Shown here: in pieces, positions 29,330-45,300 of the stretch
Layout of the letters: each line of letters opens with the position of its first letter
Position numbering within the stretch: position 1 is the stretch's first letter
From: the human T2T-CHM13v2.0 reference genome, Homo sapiens
DNA: 64,000 nucleotides
Assembly: GCF_009914755.1 (NCBI RefSeq)
Contig: NC_060934.1
Reading direction: 5' to 3' (one strand)
The notes under the pieces: generated by a model
Told to the model about the DNA's origin: nothing
Seen by the model: only the letters and a program-made list of their open reading frames with translations
Databases searched by the model: none
Translations under genes and position numbers: made by a program

Positions 29330-29908
29330 TTTTAATGGGTTGTCAGAAGATAGAGCAGAACCCAGGTTGCATGATAGGGGCTGCACTCAGCTTCCACAGA
29401 GCTCCCACAACCCTCAGACAGACAGCATCCGGCTCTCAAACCCTTCATCTGGGAAACAGGTGAACTGCTTTCAGACCATTTCAGAATAATTCACTTGTTA
29501 GGGTGGAGAAATGGGAGTTTTTTTTTTCCCAGATATTGTTCTGGACAACAGGTGGATATGGTTAAAATGTTCTGTCCTGCTGGGCTAGCTTTGACCAGTG
29601 TTTTTTCGGCTAGACAGAACAGGCCTTTTGGGGAACTTTTATTGGCCACACCCATACACATTTCTGGGTTGTGGCCTTTTCTACTTGCCAGGCAGGGACA
29701 TACAAGAAACAAGGAAAAGGCAAACAAACAAGCAAAAACAAGAGGGAATTCATCCCTAAGTGGTTCATTGATTCCTGAAGTCCCTGAACAATTTGCCTTC
29801 TCTTCTCTACCTTCAGAGTCTTCCATAGGTGACTTTCATATTTTTTCCAGGGTTTTTTTTTTCTTGTGATCAGCTGCAAGAATAAAATGAAATGCCTTTA
29901 CACCATCT
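29330..29908 (-). mobile_element. Ancient L1MC-type 5' region
   Basis: ctctaccttcagagtcttcc...ccaggg...tgcctttacaccatct resembles reverse L1MC 5' ends. Confidence 0.55.
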
Positions 29909-30048
29909 AAGACTCTAATGTCATAGTATAAAATAAAATAAAATAAAGAAACATGGTGACTAGTTCCATCTACTTGCTAATTTAGATTGTTAATTTAATG
30001 ATTAATTAGATCTAATTTAATTTCTTTTGCTTTGTACCTTTCTTGTGA

Positions 30049-30219
30049 CAGTGGTTTCAAAATTTTATATATTATCTAATCATCAGAATAATCATGCACT
30101 CCAGGGATTTTTGATTCAGTAATTCTCGGGCAGGCTCAGGAGATCTCTTTTTTTTCCTCCTTCTGTTTTTAATTGCTTTCCTAGTAATTCTGATGATGAG
30201 TGTAGTTGTAAATTGCTGG
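30049..30219. mobile_element. MER5-family DNA transposon remnant
   Basis: cagtggtttcaaa start, gatttttgattcagt, and tagtaattctgatg near the end. Confidence 0.65.
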
Positions 30220-30732
30220 CTTCAAGTGTTAATTCAATTTAATGGCCTTTGTATATGTCAAAAGCAAGCTTGTTTATTAAGTTAAAGGCTTCACAGAATA
30301 ACATCTTTCTTTAAATAAATGGAGCCCCACGTCTAAGGAAGGAAAAAGATGTAACTCCTGTATTACTGATACAGTTTTTAAATTTGTATTGTTTCTATAT
30401 TGAAAAAATGTGTTTTAATATATTTATTATAAATAATTTAAAAATTCAGAAGCTTATCCAGTTTAAACCGAAAACCTCAGAAATAACCAAAATTAATATG
30501 TTTGTGTATCTTTACCTTTAAAAGTGGGATCATACAGTTTGTTAACCATTGGAATGCTTATTTTTGTACTTTTTATCATGACCATTTTTTTGCATTTCAT
30601 TAGAAATATTATCGTCAAATAATATTAATCATTCACCTATCATCAAAAATTTAGGTTTAAACCAAAGGCCAATTACCTTGAATCTTAGCAGATCAAGAGA
30701 CACTTATTAAGATTGATTATATTTATAACCTT

Positions 30733-31310
30733 TGTAAGAGAAGAAAATAACTTTGTCCTCTACCCATCTTAGGTTCATTAACTAGGGCTCTGCAAATTAG
30801 ACTGACAAAATATAGATTAACAAGACAAAAAACAAACAGAAGTTTATTAACGCATGTATACATGTAGGAGAGCTCCGTGATGAGTAACTCAGAGGTGGTT
30901 AGAATTTAGGCTTACATAGCATCCTAACAAAAGAATAATACATTTACAGAGAAGTGACAAGACAAAACAAAACAAACAAACAAACAAACAAAACGGATTT
31001 TGAGCTTCTGTGGTGGAAAGTTGTGGGACAAATATAGAGGGAAACTAATGGTAGATGAGGGCTAGCTAATAAAGTTTCTTTGCGTAGCATCTCAGTGCCA
31101 TCTTTCTTCCGGTGATAAGGTCGTTTTCCCATTTCTCGTACCAGAAGCAGAGCAGGGGTAGGACCTTCCTAAGGGGAATTTATGTTCTGTTTTCAGGCAG
31201 ATAAAGGGAATGGTAGAGTTCATTCTCTGTGGTTTTTTTCTCAATTGCCTCAAAGTGATCCTTTTTCCAAAGTGGCACATTTTAGGGTGACATAACTCAG
31301 ATCCCCTTCA
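30733..31310 (-). mobile_element. ERV1 solo LTR, LTR54-like
   Basis: TG...CA termini with a perfect 4-bp TSD CCTT (30729-30732, 31311-31314); minus-strand AATAAA near 30845; aaattagactgacaaaa...agattaacaaga motif. Confidence 0.8.
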
Positions 31311-31429
31311 CCTTCCTCCCCCAAGACATCGCACCATTTCACACTACTGATACAGCAGCTTCCCTGAAATTCTACTAAAACGTGGGCATTCAGGGCTTTA
31401 ACTTAAACATTAACTTCTCTATGCTTTTG

Positions 31430-32450
31430 CTCTCAAAGCCGTCAATTACCACTCAGGATTTCTGATTCCATTTTGCAGAATACATTTGCTCATCTAAATT
31501 AATCCTGTCCTCTCTCCATTTTCCCAAACTCTTTCTTTGTGTCCCTTGGATCTCCGGCTCTGTGGTTAACTAACTGTCCTGTAGCCTTGAGATCTTTTCT
31601 AATGATTTTTTTTTTTTTTAATTCCTTGCCGTAACAGAAAACAGGCTGTCCCTGGAGGACAGTGCTTTCGCTGTGGCCCTCTCAGTGCAAGCTGGTTATA
31701 TGTTCACAAGTCAAATGGTTGGAATTCAAACGCAGGAGGGAGATAGGTGTCCTCTTCATCCCTCCTTGCTTCCCCCAAAACTTTCGTCCTCCCTCCTCTT
31801 TCAAAGCCACAAGCTTCTTTGAGGCATGTGCCATCTGGCTACCCTGTTTGCTACTCCTCATAGTTCCTGGCATCAGCCTCCTCACATTTATTGATTTGTA
31901 TCTTTTACCTGTATTTATTTCCATTCCTGTAATCATTCTTAGTCACCTAACCATCCATGAGTTTATCTTCCAAATGCTCTTGGTCCTTTCAATTCTCTGA
32001 CCTCTCCTTAATTAGCTTGTCTTCTATACTTTCAGATCTTTTCATTCTTTTTGTCACATTCTGGACGTTGTCATCACCTACAGCTATAGTATTTCCATTT
32101 CAGATATCACTGTTTCTGACTATAATGCTGTATACTACTAGGCTATGGAATCAGTCTAGTACTTTCACTGCAGTATTCCCTGTTCTTATTCAGATTCTCA
32201 AACTACTGACCTCAAACCCATTTTTACATATTTCATAATTTTCCTCATCTTCCTTTACCTCCATTCTTACCAAACTTAAATTCCATGATCCATTATTGCG
32301 AGTATTCTCTTGGGAATATTGCCAATTTCTTTTTACTTTTCTCCCTGAATCATGTTTATTGGGAAAAACTTTACTTCAAAATGAACCCAACTACCTATCT
32401 TTTCTATAACTGCATTAGAGCAGCTAAAGTAGATGGAGAAAATTTTAAAT
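31430..32450 (+). mobile_element. L2 ORF2 (endonuclease-region) remnant
   Basis: Pyrimidine-rich; diverged motifs tccttgccgtaacagaaaacaggctgtccc, ggagggagataggtgtcctc, cctgtaatcattcttagt. Confidence 0.7.
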
Positions 32451-32894
32451 GCTGGTAGGTAGCTGGTAGCATAAGCCTTCATCATTTCTCCCTTTCCAGA
32501 CTCACCAAAACAATATCAAAAAAGAATAAAGCCATATAAATCCACAAGGGCAGGGCAGTGAAGAATGAACAAAAAAAGTTAATAACATTTTAGAAGATGG
32601 TGGAGTGACTTATCTGAGTGGAAGAGCTAGAACTTGTGTACCTGCAGAAGAAGCTATCAATGAGGAGCAAATGCATTCACTTTACAGACACCCTAGGAGG
32701 CCCAGGAATTAGAGGTAACCTACACCTCACACTGCTGGATGAAACACTAAATGGGACAGAAATTGCTTGCTACCCTGTAAGGATTCTTTGATATCCAAAC
32801 TCCAGCTGCACCCCAGAAGGCCCCACCCCCAGCACTGCCTCTCAATTAAGGAGATTCATTCTCTAGAAAAATTGTGCCAAAAACTTTGGACTGA

Positions 32895-33031
32895 GGCCAG
32901 GTTCTGTGGCTCACACCTATAATCCTAGTGCTTTAGGAGGCTGAGGCGAAGGATTGCTTGAAGCCAGGAGTTTGAGACCAGCCTGGGCAACATATGGAGA
33001 TCTCGTCTCTATTTAAAAAAGGAAAAAAAAA
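32895..33031 (+). mobile_element. Free left Alu monomer (FLAM_C/AluJ-like)
   Basis: Single monomer with A tail; tggactga/tggactca on the flanks. Confidence 0.88.
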
Positions 33032-33088
33032 TATCTGGACTCAGTAACAGCTTACTTAGCAGGGGCCAGCTATGAGGTACTGTTCCAG

Positions 33089-33885
33089 TGTTTTAGTCCT
33101 TTGGGGCTGCTGTAACAAAATACCACATGATATACTTTGGATCTGTGTCCCTGCCCAAATCTCATGTTGAACTGTAATCTCCAATGCTAGAGTTGGGGCC
33201 TGGTGGGAGGTGTTTGGGTCATGGGGACAGATTCTTTGTGGCTTGGTGCTGTCTTCACAATAGTGAGTTCTCATGAGAGTTGGTTATTTAAAAGTGTGTG
33301 GCACCTCCCTGCCACTCTCTCTCTCTCTCTCTCTTGCTTACCACTGCTTGCTTACCCCTGCTTTCACCATGTAATGTGCGGGCTTCCCCTTTGCTTTCTG
33401 CTATGATTGAAAGCTCCCTGAGGCTTCACCAGAAGCTGAGCAGATGCAGCACCATGCTTTCTGTACAGTCTGCAAAACTGTGAGCCAATCAAACCTCCTC
33501 TCTTTATAAATTACCCAGGGTATTTCTTTATGGTAATGTAATGATGGCCTGATACACCATAGAAGGGGTAACTTATAAACAACACAAATTCTTTTTTCAT
33601 GGTTCTGGAGGCTGAGAAGTCCAAGGACAAGTTGCTGGCAGATTCAGTGTCTGTTGTGAGCAATCTCTGGTTCATAGATGGTGCCTTTTTGCTGTGTCTT
33701 CACATGATGGAAGGTGCAAGGCAATCCTCTGGGGCCTCTTTTACAAGGGCATTAATCCCATTAATGAGGGCTCCACCCTCATGCTTTCAACACCTCCCAA
33801 AGACCCCACCTCTGAATATCATCCAATTGGTAATTAGGTTCTCAAGAAATAAATTTAGGGAGATACAAACGTTCAGACCATAGCA
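33089..33885 (-). mobile_element. MLT1A-type LTR, interrupted by an MST LTR
   Basis: tgttttagtcc...gctgctgtaacaaaatacca start; resumes at 33557; ends aaacgttcagaccatagca. Confidence 0.88.
33128..33556 (+). mobile_element. MSTA/MSTB solo LTR
   Basis: tgatatactttggatctgtgtccctgcccaaatctcatgttg...gataca; 5-bp TSD CCACA/CCATA. Confidence 0.9.
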
Positions 33886-34821
33886 CCCAAGAATTTCCCA
33901 TTTTCATATTTATTGGAGAGAAACCTGTTTCATTTCCTCCCTGGTTCCTGGGACACCAGCAGTCACTCTTAGATCTTCCCCATGCCAAACTCCCACTGTC
34001 ACCACAGAGTGAAAGATGGAAGTATTTCTCAATGGGGAGGCAAAATGACACCAGAATGAAGCCTCGAAAATTCTATAATAGGGCATGCACCAAGAAAGGG
34101 AGGTTGGTGACCTAAAACATAGCCCTTCAGTCACCCAATCCAGCCCACGCTAGACATCCAGTGATCATTTTTTCAGGGCTTTAGTCATCAATGCACCCAG
34201 AAAGCCGAGGATAACCAAATGTGGGAGAACGCCACTAATAAGAAAGTCAGATAAAACTAGTAAATCAACAGATTCTGATAGAAAAATATAACCCTGATGA
34301 AACAGAAGTGACATAGAGAGCTGAAGAGAAACATTTAATTCTATTTAATATGTGCAGAGTTAGAATATATACCTGGAGTCTGTGAAAAAGTAATGACTAG
34401 AGGAAAAAAGGGATTTAGGAAATTATAATACAACACTCAAAAATTTTAGACATTGACAAAAATACTGGAATATAAATTCAACCCCTTCTCCTCCAAAAAA
34501 AGAGTATAAAGGAAAGGAAAATATGGAAAAAAAAGAAAATTTAAGGGTCAATTCAGAGGGTTCAATATCCAAATAGTAGAAATTCCAGGAAGAGAGAACA
34601 GAGAAAATGGACCAGGGAGGAAATGGTAAAATAAATAATGAAAAATTTCCCCAGATTGGTGAAGGCCTCTAACTTCCAGGTACAATAAATTAGGAAAGAT
34701 TTATTCCAAGGCCCTCCACAGGGAAATTTCAGGGAAACTGAGATGGCAGCACTATCCATAAAGATTATCTGTGAATGTAACTGTCCACATAAAAAGATTC
34801 ATGAATACTGAAAGAATCACC

Positions 34822-34953
34822 GGAAGCTGGAAGATACTGGAGTGATCTTCTTAGAAACTGGAAGATGATAGAGTTATCTAGAAGCTGGAAGATAATGGAG
34901 AAGCTCTCTAGAAGCTAGAAGTTAATGGAGAAGCTATCTAGAAGCTAGAAGAT
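34822..34953. repeat. ~30-bp minisatellite, ~4.5 copies (AGAAGCTRGAAGATAATGGAGAAGCTATCT)
   Basis: GAAGCTRGAAG-type motif recurs five times at 27-31 bp spacing. Confidence 0.9.
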
Positions 34954-35785
34954 TTGTGTTCATTAGATTAAATAATTTTTGAACCTGAGTTCCAAAGCCA
35001 ACCAAACTAAAAATGGACTATGAACATAGTATTTGAAACAAACAATCTTTAGAAATTAACCTCCCATGCATCCTGTACTCTAGCAAAATGAGGGAGGAAA
35101 CTGAGGAAGAGGAAGACCTGGGATCTGGGACCCAGGGCTGATGTTCGAGAGAAAGCCTACAGGTTGTTAAGGGGAAGACCCTGAGAGCAAGCCTTTCAGG
35201 TTGGAGCAAAGGGACAGGGAGTTTTGGAAGTCTTCTTCTAAAACATTTGTAAGTTTCCCTTTCCTAAAGGAAAAGGGTACTCATAGTTTATCTAATAATT
35301 TAATTTAGTACAAAATTGTGTTGAGAAGTTGTTGGAGAGTTTAGGAATTAGCCATAAAGCCTAGAGAACTGAGCAAATGAAAATAAATTAGATAATTAAC
35401 TCCAGAAAAAAATTAAAAAATAAGTGATCATTAATCCTCATAACGCTATTGGCTCAGAAGTAAACCATACTATTTATGTAGTAATAATGTTATAACTTCT
35501 GAATATGAATTTAATAATATCAGGTGGTAGAGAGAGGCTGCTTGGAGGCAGTGAGTGAATAAGAAACTGCTGATTATATAATACAGAAAAATTTTTGGTT
35601 ATAACAATAAAATAAAGAACCTCACGCATGTTTATTATTTATCAAAATGGAGGCTCACACTAGAAGAAACAAAGAAATCCAAATTCTTCGTCATCAGAGC
35701 TCAAGACTTCTAGTGCAACTTGAATTTTTGAACAATATGCATAAAATAATTAAAATAAAGTATAATGCCCTCTTCCCTCGCACGT

Positions 35786-35787
35786 GC

Positions 35788-35828
<41 letters not shown>

Positions 35829-35830
35829 CA
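35786..35830. repeat. (CA)n microsatellite
   Basis: Directly visible. Confidence 0.95.
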
Positions 35831-35849
35831 TAGTTATAACCTTAAATAG

Positions 35850-36839
<990 letters not shown>

Positions 36840-37015
36840 TAAAAGATATTTTAGCATAAAATGTCTAGTACACACTGTGGAATGTACAATATGAGGACTA
36901 CTTGAATAAATTTTAAAATCTAAACTTTAAAACCCCTTCTATTTAGTATAAATATGGAATGTAAATCCCATGCTGATATACATTTATTATTTTGCACCAA
37001 TCTGTGTGTATGTTA

Positions 37016-37363
<348 letters not shown>

Positions 37364-38131
37364 TAAATATTTATCGCTACAAACACCACCAATACATGCT
37401 ACGTATCCATTGCCTAAAAATTAGAATTTTAGTGTCCATTTGTTTCCTGGAAAATGTGGTTAGAATGCACAGGAAATAATGAAAATTCTATACATTTTTA
37501 ATTTAACAGAAAATTCCTGTTGCTCTGTAGATGGGATGGGGCAAAATCACTTGGTACCAGGATTTATTGTGACAGAAACTGCTGAACCCTAAGCAGAAGA
37601 TAAGGCAACCTTTCTTTGGTAGCAATCAGCAATCATCTCTTGCTCTTTTCTTTTTTTTTCATTTTTTCTTTTTTCCAATTTTTCTCTTGCCCTAACCAAC
37701 TAGAGTGTCCACAGGCCAGGTGGTAAATGTCCTATTGTCCTTAAAACTTATGAGACTATTACAACATGAAATAGTTCCTAGGAGACTCATTTTTCTTCCA
37801 TTGTTAGCCATGCCACCCTATTCTTATTCCAGAGAGTCCACATCTCTGTCACCTCCAGCCGCATCTTCACAGGTGTTACACATTAAAGACCATCATTTTT
37901 CATTTTGTCCAAGGGTGTGAAGATTTCAGAGATCATTAAATCATCTAACAACAAAGATACATAAACAGTGGAATTGCTCTTAAATCTCTCTCTCTATATA
38001 TATAATATTATATTACTACCAGCTCTTTAGACTCTTTTATAGGAGATTATCTACTGCATAGATCAACTTTCAGGTTGATCTATGACTTTCTAGATGTGTT
38101 ATATTTGATTGATGCAACAGAGATATATAGC

Positions 38132-38471
<340 letters not shown>

Positions 38472-38820
38472 TAGCCTTCATCTTTTTAAAAGAGTACATA
38501 TAACCTGAGAATTACCTGTTTATTAAACATTTTTGAGATAATTCACCAGTAAATTGATGGAGGCCAGAAAATATCTTAAGAGACTCTTCATTAATAGGAA
38601 AACAGTTTTGATTTTACTCATTTTATATGTTTAGAAGAGCTTATATAACATGAGGATTATTTATTCACTAAGAGTTTGAGGAAATTCTTAAGTACAGTGC
38701 TCTTTGGTGGAAATATTATTGGAGGTAGTCTGTTGATAACTTAGGACATTCGATTTTCTGCTATATTTTTACTTCTCTCCCACAAGGTCCTCTGCTTTTT
38801 ATACAAATTTATTTGCCTTT

Positions 38821-39150
<330 letters not shown>

Positions 39151-41168
39151 TTAGAACTGTATAGTGAGGGAAGAGGCAGTGTTCACTAAATGCTGCAGCA
39201 CCATATACTCTTATATTCAGATTGCCAGTAATTTAGTTAAGATGTTCACATCTATAAATGACACTGTTTTCAGATTTTCTTCTGTGCATAAGATTTTTTG
39301 AGCTTCTATTACTAGGCAAATATTGGCTTATTTTCCAAATGTATAGCATGAAGATTACCTTTTCCTGAAACTTGGAAAGAACAAACAGCCAAATAGCCTA
39401 GATTGAAGCATGTGGTAAGAATTTTTCAGTATCATAAATATTATTGAACTATCATGGATTTCCACAGTTTCTGTTACTTTTTTATGATTTATAATGTCTC
39501 TTTAAAATCATTCATTTTGGTCAGGTTTTCAGATTTCTATTGATATATCTATTTTAATATATGTACATAATATTTAAGTACTTTTATTATACTTACAAAT
39601 ATATTTTAAATATATATACATAATTTATATGCGTGTGCATGTATGTATCTGGGTGCATGTGTGTGTGCATAAGGTTTGGGTAGTAAAAAATGCAATAAAG
39701 AGAATTAGGGCAAGCATATGTCCGAAAGAGATGGGGAAGAGATGATGGCAGTGGCCTATCTTAGACTTGTTGACTAAGACATCTCTGAGAGGGTATAATT
39801 TGAGTTAAGACCTCAATTCCATGAAAGCGCAAGATAGTCTAAGATTTGGATAGAGTATATCTGTCACCGGAAAGAGCAAACATGAAGTCACTAAGAAAAG
39901 GATAAGCTTAGTATATTTAGGGAATGGCGTAACCTCATCTCCAGTGAGTAAGTTCAGAGGCCAGAAAACACATGGTTTGATAGGATATGATGCCTACAAC
40001 CTAGTGCAAAGCCTAGCAAATAGAAGGTACTCAATGATTACTCGGTAGCCAACATGTTCAGAGTTTACACTTTTTATCTCCATCTGATGGAAAGCCATTG
40101 AAAAATTTCCTGTTTTAGTTGAGCAAGGAGAGAACCTCCTTGTTTTCCCAAGAGGTCAAAGAGAGTCTTAGAGCCTCATAGATTCTCAGCCTGGCCCCTC
40201 ACAGATTCTGCAGTTGGTAGAAATTCCTTCCTTCCAGAGCCCAGCAATTCATTGCTCATTCTTTCTAATTTCAACATTCCCATTTTTGTTTATTTGTGTG
40301 CTTTTATGTATATTTCAAGTGATAAAGAGAAAACATGAATAAGATCTTACTGGAAATAAGAGGCCAGAATATATATTTGAAAGGAAAAATTTTTCAGACT
40401 TCCTATGAAAAGAGGAGAAAAATTTCAAAAACCTGTTTCTTGGAAGGACTACACTCCACAGCAAAAATTTAATGCCTTCACCTTCTTCACCTTAAAACAA
40501 GACTGGTTTCTATTGACTTGCAGCCATTTTCAATTGCCCAGTTTCTGAATTATTTAGTTTCCTCTCTATTTCTTCTTCCTTTTTTTTTTCTATCCAGCTC
40601 CAGGGAAATATTACTTCATAACAGCTTGAAAAAAAGGAAAGGCAGGAGAAATAGAAGCTCAAAACACCAACTTCAGGACATTTTTTTAAAAAAACTTTTT
40701 TTTAGTATCATCTCAGCCATAACATCATGCCATCAACCTGTTTGAACAAAGAGGGAAAAGAAGAACACTTTTTATCTGCTGCATTTCTACTCAAGTAATT
40801 AAAGCTATTTCTACTGTACTGTAATAATTTTGAAATAATGTTGAAATGTGCTTCCTTCCTACATTTGCAATTCTATGCAACTTGACTACCAATTCAAATG
40901 AAAATTTCAATAAAAACCACACAAGAGCACATGATTTGTGTTTTCATATTATAATCTCCTAAGGACAGAATTTGATAATATATAAACTGCCTTTTATGAA
41001 GAACTGAAATAAATTTACCATTTCACTAATATTCACATTGTACAATGACAAGCAGACAAGCAGTTCAGAGGCCGTGAATTTACTACTTACAAAGCCATTG
41101 CTCTCTGAGCTTCAATTTCCTCTGTAAATTGGGAATAACATTTAACCTTTCACAGGGATGTTCTAAGG

Positions 41169-41352
41169 CAGTGGTTCTCAAAGTGTGTACCCCAGACCAG
41201 CGGAGGCAGCATTACTTGAGAGTGTTAGAAATGAAATTATTGGGCCACCCCAGACTTAATGAATCAGAAACTCTGGGGAGAAGAATAAATAATCTGTGTT
41301 TTAACAAACTTTCCAGATGATTCTGATGCATGCTAAAATTGTAAGTGATTAT
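41169..41352. mobile_element. MER5A inserted in a MIR (~41050-41420)
   Basis: cagtggttctcaaagtgtg...ccccagaccagc...gaatcagaaactctgggg...ttttaacaaac...gattctgatgca. Confidence 0.88.
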
Positions 41353-41449
41353 TTTAATTATTAAATGAGATAATATATGTACTCCAAAAAAGTGCTTTGT
41401 TAACCGTAACATGTTGTCCAAATGTTAACTACTGTTACTGTGATGGTAA

Positions 41450-42170
41450 TGCATATTTTCAGTAAATATTGATGGACAAGCTTGTGCTAATTGCAGTGTA
41501 CAAGAGTAAACAGGTATAGATCCTATCTTCTAAAAGCATATAGCTTGCAAAGATTGATAAAGAAACTGGCAAGGGCAGTACTATGTTATTAAGCACTGTC
41601 ATAAGAGTTTGCTGGGTTCCATGAGACCAAAGATGGCATGTCTAAAGCACAGGTACAAAGAAAGGCTTCCAGAGATAAATGATAATTGGTCTGTATCCTT
41701 AAAGGTAAAGATGAGTTAGCAAGATTGATAAGAAGTGAAGCCATCTTCCAGCCAATGAAAACAGATGTCGTGGAAAGCCCTTGAAGTATGAGAGTATGTT
41801 TCTTGGGGGAAGGGGCTTTGAATAAGAGTAGAGGGTTTGTGAGTCAAGGAGGAATTGAGATGAAACTAGCTGTGCCAGCGAGAAGCCAGATAACAAGATG
41901 CCTGTATGTAAAACCACCTCATAGGGACAAGATTCTAAAAGCTGTGGGAAAGTAGTAAAGGTTTTGAGTCAGGCAACTTATACCACGTGACATCAGTCTG
42001 GAGTCAGGAAATGCAGTTCAGAGCCTGGTACAGTACTAGAGTGATGAGGGCCTTTGCCACATGGCAGATTCAGGATGGGCAGGACAAAGTAGCCTAGAGA
42101 TATTTAGGCGAAATTGATGGGACAGTCATGACTAAGATAAAGCGATGGAGTGAATATGAGAATTTGGACA
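41450..42170 (-). mobile_element. L2 remnant
   Basis: Reverse L2 3' region (cagtaaatattgatgg...aggcttccagaga...ggttttgagtcagg). Confidence 0.6.
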
Positions 42171-42387
42171 TATTTTTTAACCTACAAGTTTTTTAATATA
42201 AAATTCTTATCTTTCTGATGCCTGGAATGACATGATTTGAAATTGACTTAATGATTCCTTTAAGTTTGAATAATGCAGCCAAATGTGTTCTCCCCATTAT
42301 CTTGAATCAGGGAAAAGTATTGGATCCTGTTATCTTGTTTACATTTATAATGTCTTCTAAACTGGAACATACAAATGTCACTGTTTT

Positions 42388-45300
42388 ATTGTATTATTTT
42401 ATTTTAGTTCCGGGGTACATGTGCAGGATATGCAGGTTTGTTACATAGGTAAACATGTGCTATAGTGGTTTGCTGCACCTATCAACCCATCACCTGCGTA
42501 TTAAGCCTGGCATGCGTTAGCTGTTTTTCCTGATGCTCTCCCTCTCCCCTGACAGGACCCAGTGTGTGTTGTTCCCCTCCCTGAGTTCATGTGTTCTCAC
42601 TGTTCAGCTTCCACTTATAAGTGAGAACATTCAGTGTTTGGTTTTCTGTTCTTGAGTTAGTTTGCTAAGGATAATGGCTTCCAGCTCCATCCATGTCCCT
42701 GCCAAGAACATGATCTCATTCTGTTTTGTGGCTGCATAGTATCCCATGGTGTATATGTACCACATTTTTTTTTCTAGTCTATCATTGATAGGCATTTGGG
42801 TTGACTCCATGTCTTTGCTATTGTGAATAGTGCTGCAATGAACATATGTGAGCCCGTATCTTTATAATAGAATGATTTATATTCCTTTGGGTATATACCC
42901 AGTAATGGGATTGCTGGGTAAAATGGTATTTCTGGTTCTAGGTCTTCGAGGAATCATCACACTGTCTTCCATAATGGTTGAACTAATTTACATTCCCACC
43001 AGCAGTGTAAAAGCATTCCCGTTTCTCCAGTCTCACAGCATCTGTAGTTTCTTGACTTTTTAATAATCTCCATTCTGACTGCTGTGAGATGGTATCTCAT
43101 TGTGGTTTTGATTTGCATTTTTCTAATGATCAGTGATGTTGAGCTTTTTAAAAGTATATGTTTGTTGGCTGCATAAGTATCTTCTTTCGAGAAGTGTTTG
43201 TTCATGTCCTTTGCCCACTTTTTAATGGGGTTGTTTGGGGTTTATTTTTGTAAATTTGTTTAAGTCCCTTGTACATTCTGGATGTTAGACATTTGTCAGA
43301 TGAATAGTTGCAAAAATTTTCTCCCATTCTGTAGGTTGTCGGTCCACTCTGATGATACTTTCTTTTGCTGTGCAGAAGCTCTTTAGTATAATTAGATCCC
43401 ATTTGTCAATGTTTGCTTTTGTGGCAACTGCTGTTGACATTTTCATCATGAAATCTTTGCCCATGCCTATATCCTGAATAGTATTGCCTAAATTTTCTTC
43501 TAGGGTTTTTATAGTTTTGGGTTTTACATTTAAGTCTTTAATCCATCTTGAATTAATTTTTATGTAATGTGTATAAAAGGGGTCCAGTTTCAATTTTTCT
43601 GCATATGCTAGCCAGTTATCCCAGCACCATTTATTAAATAGGGAATCCTTTCCTCATTGCTAGTTTTTTGTCAGGTTTGTCAAAGATCAATTGGTTGTAG
43701 ATGTGTGGTCTTACTTCTGAGTTCTAGATTCTGTTCCATTGGTCTATGTTTCTGTTTTTGTACTAGTACCATGCTGTTTTGGTTACTGTAGCCTTGTAGT
43801 ACAGTTTGAAGCCAGGTAGCATGATGCTTCCAGTTTTGTGCTTTTATCTTAGGATTGTCTTGGGTATATTGGCTCTTTTTTGTTTCCATATGAATTTTAA
43901 GGTAGTTTTTTCTAATTCTGTGAAGAATGTCAGTAGTCATTTAATGGGAATAGCAGTGAATTTATAAATTACTTTGGGCAGTATGGCCATTTTCACAATA
44001 TTGATTCTTCCTATCCATGAGCCTGGAATGTCTTACCATTTGTTTGTGTCCTCTCTGCTTTCCTTGAGGAGAGGTTTGTAGTTCTCCTTGAAGAGGGCCT
44101 TCATTTCCCTTGTTAGCTGTATCCCTAGGTATTGTATTCTCTTTGTAGCAATTGTGAATGGGAGTCCATTCATGATTTGGCTCTCTGCTCGTATATTGTT
44201 GTTGTATAGGAATGCTTGTGATTTTTGTACATTGATTTTGTATCCTGAGACTTTGCTAAAGTTGCATTTCAGCTTAAGAAGCTTTTGGGCTGAGATGATA
44301 GGGTTTTATAGATATAGGATTATGTAATCTGTAATTCTTGCTATTTGGATACCCTTTATTTCTTTCTCTTGTCTGATTGCCCTGGCCAGAACTTCCAATT
44401 CTATGTTGAATAGGAGTGATGAAAGAGGACATCCTTGTCTTATGCTGGTTTTCAAAGGGAATGCTTCCAGCTTTTGCCCATTCAGTATGATATTGGCTGT
44501 GAGTTTGTCATAAATGGCTTTTATTATTTTGAGATACGTTCCATCAATACCTAGTTTATTGAGAGGTTTTAACAGGAAGGGATGTGGTATTTTATTGAAG
44601 GCCTTTTCTGCATCTATTGAGACAATCCATGATTATGTGATTTTTGTCTTTAGTTCTGTTTATGTAATGAATTATGCTTATTGATTTGCATATGTTGAAC
44701 CAGCCTTGCATCCCGGGGTTGAAGCCACCTTGATCATGGTAGATAAGCTTTTTGATATGCTGCTGGATTCAGTTTGCCAGTATTTTGTTGAGAATTTTTA
44801 CACTAATGTTCATCAGGGATATTTGTCTGATGTTTTCTTTTTTGTTGTTGTATCTCTACCAGGTTTTGGTATCAGGATGATGCTGGCCCCATTAAATGAG
44901 TTAGGGAGGAGTCCTGCCTTGTTAATTGTTTGGAATAATTTCAGAAGGAATGGTACCAGCTTCTCTTTGTACCTCTGGTAGAATTCAGTAGTAAATTCAA
45001 CTGGTCGTGGGCTTTTATTTGTTGGTAGACTATTTATTACTGCCTCAATTTCAGAACTTGTTATTGGTCTATTCAGGGATTCAACTTCTTTCTGGTTCCG
45101 TCTTGGCAGGGTGTATGTGTCCAGGAATTTATCTATTTCTTCTAGATTTTCTAGTTTATTTGCATAGAGGTATTTACACTATTCTCTGATGATTGTTTGT
45201 ATTTCTGTGGGTTCAGTTGTGATATCCCCTTCATCATTTTTATTGTGTCTATTTAATTCTTCTCTCTTTTCTTCTTTATTAGTCTAGCTAGTGGTCTATT

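Larger units (their letters stand above)
32460..35760 (+). mobile_element. HAL1 (half-L1) remnant carrying nested insertions
   Basis: 5' motifs (atccacaaggg...aacattttagaagatgg; ggcccaggaattagagg), ORF1-like middle (aatatccaaatagtagaaattccaggaagagagaacagagaaaatgg) and HAL1-like 3' end. Confidence 0.65.

Noticed and set aside
34822-34953. Regularly spaced ~30-bp repeats resembling a CRISPR array
   Set aside because: Units are head-to-tail with no unique spacers, there are no cas genes, and the context is primate intron.
38057-38084. Perfect 11-bp hairpin CATAGATCAAC-tttcag-GTTGATCTATG
   Set aside because: Too short for a pre-miRNA, and one such stem is plausible by chance in 64 kb of AT-rich DNA.
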